From positions 7,750 through 71,749 of IMG/VR virus record IMGVR_UViG_3300036832_000434: a DNA stretch of 64,000 bases; one strand, given 5' to 3'. This stretch comes from a virus. Below are positions 28,256-37,300 of this stretch, in pieces. The translations under genes and the position numbers were made by a program. A model generated the notes under the pieces. The model worked only from the letters and a program-made list of their open reading frames with translations, was not told the origin of the DNA and searched no databases. How positions within the stretch are numbered: the stretch's first letter is position 1; each line of letters starts with the position of its first letter.

Positions 28256-28516
28256 ATGGACGCTGACGAATTACGCGCAATTCTCGATCGGATGGGCTGG
28301 AGCCAGGGCGATCTGGCGCGCAACGCCCAACGCGATCTGCGGCGGACGCGCAAAATGGCGCAGGGTCAGGAGCCGATCGACGAGCCGCTCGCCGACTGGC
28401 TCCGCCGGCTAGAGCCGCTGATCTCTGATCCGCCGCTACGGCCGGGCAATCATCGCGGACGGGAGGACATGCCACATGGCAGAGAGCCGCCGCCGAGGAC
28501 GCAAGCCAGGGGCTAA
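28256..28516 (+). CDS. Small XRE-like HTH protein
   Basis: ELRAIL.RMGWSQ.DLAR.......RKM..G..PI. Confidence 0.7.
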   Translation: MDADELRAILDRMGWSQGDLARNAQRDLRRTRKMAQGQEPIDEPLADWLRRLEPLISDPPLRPGNHRGREDMPHGREPPPRTQARG

Positions 28517-29075
28517 GACATCGGGGGGCCTCTCGATCGCCTATGTGCCGCTCCGCGATCTCGTCCCCTATCAGAACAACTCGCGCACGCATACCGGCGC
28601 ACAGATCGAGCAGATCAAAGCCTCGATGCTCCGATTCGGATGGACGACGCCGATCGCCATCGCCGATCGTGGCGTCATCGCCGGCCATGCAAGGCTGACC
28701 GCCGCCCTCGCGCTCGCGGCGGAAGGCAAGCCGATCCCGCGCCATCCCGATCCGGCGCTCGGTCCCGTGGTCGATCTCTCGGCGCTGACGCCAGCGGAAC
28801 GCCGGGCCTACGTGATCGCCGATAACAAGATCGCCACCGCGGCGGGATGGGATGACGGACTTCTCCGCTTCGAAATGGAGGAACTCCGGGACGGCGGTTT
28901 CGATCTCATGCTGACCGGCTTCTCCGACGTCGAAATAGGGAACCTATTCGCTGATCCGACGCCGCCAGGGGACTTCCGCGGCTACGATGAGACGATCGAG
29001 ATCGAGCATACCTGTCCGCGCTGCGGCTTCGCATGGAGTGGCAACGCGACTAGCCGGCCGCTCGCCGCAGAATGA
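28476..29075 (+). CDS. ParB/Srx-like protein with C-terminal Zn ribbon
   Basis: LVPY.NNSRTH...QI.QI..S..RFGW..PI, IAGHARL.AA, YVIADNK, CPRCG. Confidence 0.88.
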   Translation: MAESRRRGRKPGAKTSGGLSIAYVPLRDLVPYQNNSRTHTGAQIEQIKASMLRFGWTTPIAIADRGVIAGHARLTAALALAAEGKPIPRHPDPALGPVVDLSALTPAERRAYVIADNKIATAAGWDDGLLRFEMEELRDGGFDLMLTGFSDVEIGNLFADPTPPGDFRGYDETIEIEHTCPRCGFAWSGNATSRPLAAE

Positions 29076-30427
29076 GGCTATGGATTGAGCGGAGCACCGG
29101 GCTTCCAACAGGATGGAGATTGCCCCGGCGTCGCTTTCCTGGTTTCGCGCACGAATTCTTCGATTTCACCGATCGGCCACATCCGACGGTCGATACACTT
29201 CCGCGCACTCGCATCGTGATCGAGCATGACGGCCTCCCTATGAAACCACGCGCTGACAAGCCGCCGTATCGCATCCCGTCGATGGCGGAGATCGCCGCGA
29301 TCGAGCCGAACGGGCTGATCGCCGCATCGACATTCTCGGGGTGCGGCGGCTCGTCGCTCGGCTATCGTATGGCTGGCTACCGGGTCGCCTACGCCAATGA
29401 ATTCGTCGCCGCGGCGCGTGATAGCTACCGGGCAAATGCGGCGCCAGGGACGATCCTAGACGGCCGCGACATCCGGTCCGTCAGCGCGGCCGACATCCTC
29501 CGCCGGATCGGCCTCGATGTCGGAGAGCTAGACCTTCTCGACGGCTCGCCGCCGTGCTCGTCATTTTCGACCGCTGGAAAGCGTCACGAAGGCTGGGGCA
29601 AGCAATCCGCATACTCCGACACCGCTCAGCGGACCGATGATCTGTTTTTCGAATTCGTCCGCATCGTCCGCGATGCGCAGCCGCGGGCCTTCGTTGCGGA
29701 GAACGTCTCGGGCTTGGTCAAGGGCACCGGCAAAGGTTACTTCCTGGAAGTACTCTCTAGCATGAAGGCCGCCGGCTACCGCGTCGAGGCGCGGCTGCTC
29801 GACGCGCAATGGCTCGGCGTGCCCCAGGCGCGCGAACGGCTGATCTTTGTTGGCGTCAGGAATGACCTTGGCCTCGCGCCGGCCCATCCGAAGCCGCTTC
29901 CGTACCGGTACAGCGTCCGCGATGCGCTCCCCTGGATCAATCGGCAGGGTGACAATGCCGGCTTCGGCGGGGGAACTCTCCGCTTCGCTGGCGGGCCATC
30001 GCCGACGATCGGCTCGTCGCCGCAGACCGGAAATGGTCGTTTCCCGCCGTCACTCGTCGAGGCCGAGGCGGACATAAGCCGGTACGCGATCGGCCGGGAA
30101 TGGGATAAGCTCCTGCCGGGCGAGGCGACATTCTACGGCGCGAGCCTCGCCAAGCCGGCGCTCGATCGGCCGTCGCCGACGATCACGCAGAGAGGCGGGG
30201 ACAATACCGCCGCGTCAGTCTGTCACCCGACGGAAAAGCGGAAATTCTCGATCGCCGAACTCCGGCGGATTTGCGGCTTCCCCGACGATTTCATCCTGAC
30301 CGGGACGTATGCGCAGCAGTGGGAGCGCCTCGGCCGTGCCGTGCCGCCCCCAATGATGCGCGCGATCGCCGAAACGATCCGCGATCGCGTGCTGATCCCG
30401 GCGCGGAGCCGGGCCGCCGCCGCGTGA
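29072..30427 (+). CDS. DNA (cytosine-5) methyltransferase-family enzyme, motif-X Asn replaced by Arg
   Basis: Motif I FSGCGG, IV GSPPC, VI ENV, VIII Q.R.R, X LGRAVPP; alternative start 29240. Confidence 0.92.
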   Translation: MRLWIERSTGLPTGWRLPRRRFPGFAHEFFDFTDRPHPTVDTLPRTRIVIEHDGLPMKPRADKPPYRIPSMAEIAAIEPNGLIAASTFSGCGGSSLGYRMAGYRVAYANEFVAAARDSYRANAAPGTILDGRDIRSVSAADILRRIGLDVGELDLLDGSPPCSSFSTAGKRHEGWGKQSAYSDTAQRTDDLFFEFVRIVRDAQPRAFVAENVSGLVKGTGKGYFLEVLSSMKAAGYRVEARLLDAQWLGVPQARERLIFVGVRNDLGLAPAHPKPLPYRYSVRDALPWINRQGDNAGFGGGTLRFAGGPSPTIGSSPQTGNGRFPPSLVEAEADISRYAIGREWDKLLPGEATFYGASLAKPALDRPSPTITQRGGDNTAASVCHPTEKRKFSIAELRRICGFPDDFILTGTYAQQWERLGRAVPPPMMRAIAETIRDRVLIPARSRAAAA

Positions 30428-30493
30428 TCCGGCTCGTCGCTTGGCTCGTTATGCTCGGCTTTGCCCTATTCTTCCGATGGTGGCTCCGCGGAC

Positions 30494-30748
30494 CTAGACC
30501 GGATCGTCGGCTCCGCCCGCGCCGCGGCTAGTCGCCAAAGCCGCGGCGGTCTGAGCGTCACTCATCACAAGGCCATGCTCGTCGTAGCACGCCAAGCGCC
30601 CCACCTCCCCACAGGTCGGGCACTCGGGGCAGACGCAATCATCGATCGGGCGCGAGCAGACATCGCATGGCCCCTCGCCGCCGCAAGCGTCCTCGATCAT
30701 CCGATTGCTGACGCCGGGGGGCAACGATGAGCCGAAAATGCCGCGCAT
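30494..30748 (-). CDS. Small Cys-rich protein
   Basis: LPPGV...CDVC...C.CPECPTCG. Confidence 0.55.
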   Translation of the reverse strand: MRGIFGSSLPPGVSNRMIEDACGGEGPCDVCSRPIDDCVCPECPTCGEVGRLACYDEHGLVMSDAQTAAALATSRGAGGADDPV

Positions 30749-31662
30749 CAGAGCGCCGCGCCGTAGCGCATTTTGCCGTCGGTCCCCTTCCACTTGCTCA
30801 TAACGAAGCCGACGGCCTCGGCCGCCTTATAGACGCGGAACATCGTCGCGGAGCATTGCGCCCAGGCTAGCTCGGAACATCCCTCGGCCTCGGAAACGCC
30901 GTCCTTGCGGAGCATCATACGAAAGAGCGCGAGCTTTTTCCCGGTCAACCCGGCCGCGACGATCTTCGCCTCGATCGCTTCGTCAGCCGCCTTCGCTACC
31001 GCCTTTTTGGCCTTCGGCGTCTTGGCGATCACCTCGGCCGCCATCCGCGCGACGGTATCGGCAACCGCATCCGGTGCCATCAGCATCGCCTCTACCCTGA
31101 CGGTCTCCGGAGCGGCGGCGGGCGCGACGTCCTCGCCGAATAGCGCCGCGAGTTTGCAGCCGCGTACCGTCACCTTGCCGACGCCATCGCCGGCAACCGC
31201 ATAGCCCAAGCCGATCTCCGGATGCGCGCCGACGTAGCCTTGCGCAAACTTGCGTGCGCCGGCCAACGTCTTGAAGGTGCGAGACTTGCTAAAACCATCG
31301 ACGGCCGAATACCGGACGGCGATCTCGACGGCGGGAGCCTTGGCCGGCTCCGCTGCGGCTTTCTTCGCCATATCGTTCGTCTCCATCTTGCGGGCGATAC
31401 ATTCGGCGGCAACCGCGGCGGACCTCTCCGCGATCTCGGCCATCGCCTCTACCTCGTTGAAATACGCCTCGCTCGCCGCGTCAGCCGCCGGCTCGTCATC
31501 CGCCGCGGGCGCGACGACATCCTCGATCGTCAGCCCCTTCGCTTGAAGCACCTTGAACGTCCGGCTTTCGCCGATCTTGCGGCTTTCGAACCGCACGGCG
31601 GGCTTCGGCGCGTGCGTGTTGTAGATCGAGAGCAATTCGGCGTTGGAGAGTTGGTCAAACAC
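30748..31662 (-). CDS. Hypothetical protein with DUF3489-like C-terminal wHTH
   Basis: K.A....MM.R..G.S..E....L.W; GTG start after leader hairpin. Confidence 0.65.
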   Translation of the reverse strand: MFDQLSNAELLSIYNTHAPKPAVRFESRKIGESRTFKVLQAKGLTIEDVVAPAADDEPAADAASEAYFNEVEAMAEIAERSAAVAAECIARKMETNDMAKKAAAEPAKAPAVEIAVRYSAVDGFSKSRTFKTLAGARKFAQGYVGAHPEIGLGYAVAGDGVGKVTVRGCKLAALFGEDVAPAAAPETVRVEAMLMAPDAVADTVARMAAEVIAKTPKAKKAVAKAADEAIEAKIVAAGLTGKKLALFRMMLRKDGVSEAEGCSELAWAQCSATMFRVYKAAEAVGFVMSKWKGTDGKMRYGAAL

Positions 31663-31687
31663 GGGATCGGCCCCTTTGTCATGTCGC

Positions 31688-31742
31688 GGGCGGAATGCCC
31701 TGCGCTCCGATCGTTATGAACTGCCAATGCGAAATTCGCCAG
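31688..31742 (-). promoter_or_regulatory. Repeated promoter + leader hairpin, copy 4
   Basis: GCTGGC 41 nt before AGGGCATTCCGCCC; 25 nt to GTG 31662. Confidence 0.7.
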
Positions 31743-31768
31743 CATTATGCACGGGAGGGCCGATCAGC

Positions 31769-32458
31769 ATGTCGCTCGCGAAATTGCCCAAGCCCGACTC
31801 CGCCTTCGATATCCCGCAGGAATGGACATTCGATAGCCTGACCGTCGCGGATAATTTCGAGCGTCACGTCCGCGAGCAACTCCCCTGGTATGGATTGGCA
31901 ACCAACGCGATCGCTCACGTCGCGCGCCATTACATCCCGCAAGGTGGGCTGATCTACGATCTCGGCGCTGCAACCGGCAATATCGGCCGCGCGCTGGAAG
32001 AAACCATCGACGCGCGCCGGGCCGAACTGATCTCGATCGAGGCATCGGAGGAAATGGCCCAGCGCTACACCGGGCCGCAGAGAGAAAACCTCGCGATCGA
32101 TAACGTCGTCGGCTTCGCCTATCGCCATTTCGATCTCGCCGTCGCGTTCCTAACAATCATGTTCGTCCCGATTACCGAACGCCCCTTGCTGATCGAGGCG
32201 CTCCGCGACAAATGCCGGCCGGGCGGAGCGATCATCATTTTCGACAAAACCGAGGCGATCGGCGGCTACGCCGGAACCGTGCTCTGGCGCCTCGCCCTCG
32301 CCGGCAAGCTCGCCTCCGGCGTCAGCGCCGAGGATATCGTCGCCAAGGAACTCTCGCTCGGCGGCGTGCAACGGCCGATCCGCCCCGAACTGCTCGGCGA
32401 CGACGCGATCGAGTTTTTCCGCTTCGGCGAATTCGCCGGCTGGCTCATCGAGGGCTGA
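31769..32458 (+). CDS. CmoA-like class I SAM-dependent enzyme (carboxy-SAM synthase family)
   Basis: WTFD..VA..F..HV....PWY, YDLGAATG, T.MF....R..L, PGGA...DK, K...G.S..DI..K...L..V; GGAGG RBS. Confidence 0.8.
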   Translation: MSLAKLPKPDSAFDIPQEWTFDSLTVADNFERHVREQLPWYGLATNAIAHVARHYIPQGGLIYDLGAATGNIGRALEETIDARRAELISIEASEEMAQRYTGPQRENLAIDNVVGFAYRHFDLAVAFLTIMFVPITERPLLIEALRDKCRPGGAIIIFDKTEAIGGYAGTVLWRLALAGKLASGVSAEDIVAKELSLGGVQRPIRPELLGDDAIEFFRFGEFAGWLIEG

Positions 32459-32494
32459 TTTTTCCGACGATTTTGCGACAAACAGGGCGGGGGC

Positions 32495-33007
32495 ATGGGG
32501 ATAAATAGCGTAAAAAAGAAACGTGGCCGTCCGCGTAAGCTCGCCGTCGTCGAGACGCGCCCCTCCGCCGGCCGCCCGCCATTCGTGCCGACACAAAAGC
32601 AGCGCGATATGGTCATCGGTCTGACCGGCCTATTGGTCCCTGTCGAAGTCATCGCGCGCAAGGTGATGAATGACGGCGAGGGCATGGACCCTGAGACGCT
32701 ACGCAAGTACTTCTCCCGCGAGTTGGAGATCGGGCGCGAGGACACGATCGCCGGCCTCAAGGGGATCATGCTCGCGCACGCGCAGAGAGGCTCGATCCGT
32801 GCCGCGCAATTCCTCATCGAGAAGCTCGGCGGTGCTGAATTCGCGCCACGGCTCCGCGTTGGCGGGATCGAGGACGCGCCACCGATCAAGGTCAGCGCCG
32901 AGGCAAGGATCACCGTCTATATCCCCGACAACGGGCGCGACAAACCGCCGCCAGCCGAGGCCACGCCGGAACCGGAGCCGGCGGACGATCCCGACGACGG
33001 CGAATGA
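32495..33007 (+). CDS. Terminase small subunit
   Basis: GRP...PT, TLRKYF..EL..G; directly upstream of TerL. Confidence 0.75.
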   Translation: MGINSVKKKRGRPRKLAVVETRPSAGRPPFVPTQKQRDMVIGLTGLLVPVEVIARKVMNDGEGMDPETLRKYFSRELEIGREDTIAGLKGIMLAHAQRGSIRAAQFLIEKLGGAEFAPRLRVGGIEDAPPIKVSAEARITVYIPDNGRDKPPPAEATPEPEPADDPDDGE

Positions 33008-34380
33008 TCGACATCCGGCCGCACGCCGGACCGCAGGAGGCATTCCTTTCCAGCGCCGCGGATATCGTCATTTTCGGCGGTGCAGCCGGCGGCGGCAAAA
33101 CCTGGGGCCTCCTGTTGGAGCCGCTCCGCCATGTGCCAAGCAACCCGGAATTCGACGCGGTTATTTTCCGGCGCAACACGACGCAGATCAAAAACCCCGG
33201 CGGTCTCTACGATCAGGCGATCCGCCTCTATCCCGCGCTCGGCGGCTACCCCGTATCCAAGCCGCTCGGCTTTCGCTGGCGCTCCGGCGGCGGGCGCGTC
33301 ACCCTCGCCCATATCGAGCATGAAAACTCCAAGCTCGATTGGCACGGCGCGCAAATCCCGCTCATCATGTTCGATGAACTGACCACGTTCACCGAGACGC
33401 AATTCTGGTACCTCTTTTCGCGCAACCGCTCGATGTCCGGCGTCTCCGGCTATATTCGAGCGTCATGCAACGCTGACGCCGATTCCTGGGTCGCGAACCT
33501 GATCTCATGGTGGATCGATCAGCGCACCGGATTCCCGATCGAGGCACGCTCCGGCGTGCTCCGCTGGTTTATCCGCCTCGATGTAGAATTGATTTGGGCG
33601 AACTCCCGCGCCGAACTCGTCGAGAAGTATCCAGGGAGCGAACCGAAGTCGCTGACGTTCATCGGCGCCAAGCTCGACGACAACCCGACGCTCGTCGCCT
33701 CCGATCCGACATACCGCGCCTCGCTCATGGCGATGAACCGGGTCGAGCGCGCGCGACTGCTCGATGGCAATTGGCTGATCCGGCCTTCCGCCGGCCTCTA
33801 CTTTCAGCGCGGATGGTGCGAATTCATCGACACCCCGCCGGCTCAAATGCGTGTCTGCCGTGGCTGGGACATGGCGGCGACACCCTACACCGGGACCAAC
33901 GATCCGGATTGGACCAGCGGGACCAAGATCGGCCGCACGCCAGACGGGCGCTATGTGATCCTCGATAACGTCCGCCTCCGCGCCGGGCCGCGCGACGTCG
34001 CCCGGCTGATCCGCAACACCGCGTCAGCCGACGGCAAATCGGTCCGCATCGACATCCCGCAGGAGCCGGCCGCGGCAGGCAAGATGCTCGTCGCCTCGCT
34101 CTCGCGGCTACTCGACGGCTACCCCGTCACGTTCTCCCCGGAAACCGGCGACAAGCTCACCCGCTTCTCCCCGTTCTCCGCCCAGGCCGAGGCCGGCAAC
34201 GTGATGATCCTCCGCGGCGCCTGGAATGAGCCGTATCTGACGAACCTAGAGGGCTTCCCGCCGCCGACGACGGGCACCGGCCACGACGACGACGCCGATT
34301 CGACGAGCCGCGCGTACAACAACCTCATGGTCGCGAGGGCACCCCTGATGATCTCCGACGAATTGCTCGAATTGATCTGA
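33004..34380 (+). CDS. Terminase large subunit
   Basis: Walker A GGAAGGGKT, Walker B FDELT, nuclease GWD.A and HDD.AD. Confidence 0.95.
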   Translation: MIDIRPHAGPQEAFLSSAADIVIFGGAAGGGKTWGLLLEPLRHVPSNPEFDAVIFRRNTTQIKNPGGLYDQAIRLYPALGGYPVSKPLGFRWRSGGGRVTLAHIEHENSKLDWHGAQIPLIMFDELTTFTETQFWYLFSRNRSMSGVSGYIRASCNADADSWVANLISWWIDQRTGFPIEARSGVLRWFIRLDVELIWANSRAELVEKYPGSEPKSLTFIGAKLDDNPTLVASDPTYRASLMAMNRVERARLLDGNWLIRPSAGLYFQRGWCEFIDTPPAQMRVCRGWDMAATPYTGTNDPDWTSGTKIGRTPDGRYVILDNVRLRAGPRDVARLIRNTASADGKSVRIDIPQEPAAAGKMLVASLSRLLDGYPVTFSPETGDKLTRFSPFSAQAEAGNVMILRGAWNEPYLTNLEGFPPPTTGTGHDDDADSTSRAYNNLMVARAPLMISDELLELI

Positions 34381-34384
34381 TCGG

Positions 34385-37300
34385 ATGGGGCGCAAAGCCA
34401 AGCGCCGCGCGGGGAAGGCTGCCCGCCGGGAAGCCGCGCGCGCTGCGCGGGGGCCGCGTTCCGAGGTTATGGCCGACGCTGTAGCGTCCCTTCCCCCCGC
34501 GCTACGGATCAGCCAACGGGCCTTGGACGCGGCCTCTACGCAACCGGAACTCTTTGCATCCTCGCCCTGGGAAATCGCCCGCCCGCCGCCCGGCGTGGTG
34601 CCCGATGACGTGTTCGCCGGCATCGCCGCCGACGCCTCCCTCGGCTCGCTCTATTCGTACGGCCAGACCAACGCATTCACCGACGGGATGCAATGGCTCG
34701 GCTATCCCTACCTTTCGGAGCTAGCGCAGCGGCCTGAATACCGCCGCATGGTCGAGCAGACCGCCAAGGAAATGACGCGGCGGTGGATCAAGCTAAACGC
34801 CGCGGGCGATGATCCCGATAAGGATAAAGCGCGCCGGATCAAGATCATCGAGGGCCAGCTAAAGCGCCATCGCGTGCAAGCGAAATTCCGCCGGCTCGCC
34901 GAACTCGATGGCTTTTTCGGCCGCGGTCATCTCTACATCGACACCGGGCACACCGCGGAGCCGGACGAACTCGCGATCCCGCTGATCCGCGACGCGCGCA
35001 AGATCGGCAGGCGGGGCTTGAAGCGCCTCAAGATCGTTGAACCGATCTGGACCTATCCATTCGACTACGCGACGACCGATCCGCTCGATCCGGACTTCTA
35101 CCGGCCGCGGCAATGGTTCGTACAGGGCCGCAAGGTGCATCGTAGCCGGCTGCTGACCGTCGTCGGCCGCGAGGTGCCGGACATGCTCAAGCCGGCCTAT
35201 GCGTTCGGCGGTGTGGCGCTGACGCAGATGGCAAAGCCCTACGTCGAGAATTGGCTACGCACCCGGCAATCGGTCGCCGATCTGATCCATTCGTTTTCGG
35301 TCAGCGGGATCAAGACGAGCCTCTTTTCGACGATGAATGAAGTCGGCGATCAGCCGCTACTCAAGCGCGTGCAGTTATTCAACAAGACACGCGACAACCG
35401 CGGCATGTTGGTGATCGACAAAGACGCCGAGGAATTCTTTAACGTCTCGACGCCGCTTGGCACACTCGATCATTTACAGGCGCAGTCGCAAGAGCAGATG
35501 GCCTCGGTCAATGGCATCCCGCTCGTCGTGCTGCTCGGGATCACGCCATCGGGCCTCAATGCGTCATCGGACGGCGAAATCCGGACGTGGTATGCGTGGA
35601 TCGAGGCGATGCAGGAGCATCTATTCGACGACGATTTGCGTGTCGTGCTCGAAATCATCCAGCTTTCCGAATTCGGCGAGATCGATCCCGAGATCACGCA
35701 TACCTGGGAACCGCTCTGGCAACTCGACGAAGCCGGAGCCGCCCAGGTCCGCAAGACGGATGCCGATACCGATATGGAGTACGTCAACGGCGGCGTGCTC
35801 TCGCCGGCCGAGGTGCGTCAGCGCATCGCCGACGCCGAGGACTCGCTATATCCGGGCCTCGATGTCGATGATCTCCCGGAGCCGCCCGGCGGTGGCGGCA
35901 TGGAAGGCGAGGGCGATCCGTTCGGCGGGATGCCTGATCCGGCCAACGCCAATGAGCCGCCGCCGGCTGATCCCGCGCAAGCGAAGGCGCCGATCTCGCC
36001 GCTCCGGATCGCGGGCGATGCCTTCAAGGAAGAAGATGTCGATCGCGACAAGAGCGGGAAATTCACCTCCGGCGGTGGCGGTGGCGGCGGCGCGACCAAG
36101 GTCGAGAACGTCGCCGACTGGAAAAAGGTCGGCCCGCAGCTTGGCGGCAATCCTGGCGGGAAATACCAAAGCCCCGAGGGCGATCATTACTATATCAAGC
36201 AGTCGAAATCGGACGATCACGCCAAAAACGAGGTGCTTGCCGGCAAGCTCTATCAGGCGGCGAAAGCCCCGGTATTCCATTCGCGGCTGGTCGATGTCGG
36301 CGGCGGCAAGCTCGGGACGTCGAGCAAATGGAAGGGCGACGCGACCGATATCAACCCGGCGTCGAAAGCGGAGCGCAAAGAGGCGCAGCAGCATTTCGCC
36401 GTCCATGCGTGGCTGGCGAACCATGACGCCGCCGGAACCGACACGTACAACCAGGGCAAGCTCAATGGCGTCATGCACACAATGGATGTGGGCGGGGCGC
36501 TCAATTACAAAGGACTCGGCGGCCTAAAGGGCAAGACCTTCGACGATGAAGCCGACGAGTGGGAGTTGATGCGCGCGGGTGACGTGGTGAGCCAGAAAGG
36601 CGCCGCGATCTTTGGCGACATGACCGACGCGGAACTGAAAGCGAGCGCGGAGAAAGTCGCCGCCGTTCCTGATGAGACGATCGCGAAGCTCGTCGAAGAA
36701 CACGGCCCCGGCGATGCGGCGGCAAAAGCGGCGCTGACGGAAAAGCTGATCGCGCGCAAGAACAACATCATAAAGAAAGCCGGGATCGAGGCGCCGGCCG
36801 CTCCGGCTCCTGCCGCGCCGGCCGAGACGCCGCCCGCTCCCGCCGAGACGGCCCCTGGCGTCAAGAATCAGGCTTTCGAGGATGCCCATCTCCGCGGTCC
36901 GGACGGCAAATTCCTCCCGAAGCCGGATGACGATTCGAGCGCGGAGCAGGCCGATCTCTACGCCTACGCGACCGAGGAAGGCGAGACGTTCAACAACAAG
37001 ATTTTCAACGTCCAAGACGTGATGCTCGACTCGAAAGACCCAGATGTCATCGCCTACGGGCAAAAGCTACTCGACGGCTTGAACGCACCGGCCACGCCGG
37101 CAGGCACCGAGGCACCCCCGGCGGCGCCGGCCGCTCCGGTCGAGCCAAAGCCCGCCCCGCCTGATCCGCCCTCCTACGCTGGCCCGGCGGCGAAGAAAAT
37201 CGCCGAGATGACGAAGGCGATGCTCGCCGAGGGCAAATCGCCGGAGGAAATCGCCGCCGCGATCAAAGAGTATGCCGCGAGCTTCAAGGGCAACAATACG

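Noticed and set aside
29072-30427. Restriction-modification system
   Set aside because: No cognate endonuclease nearby; the context is a phage modification locus
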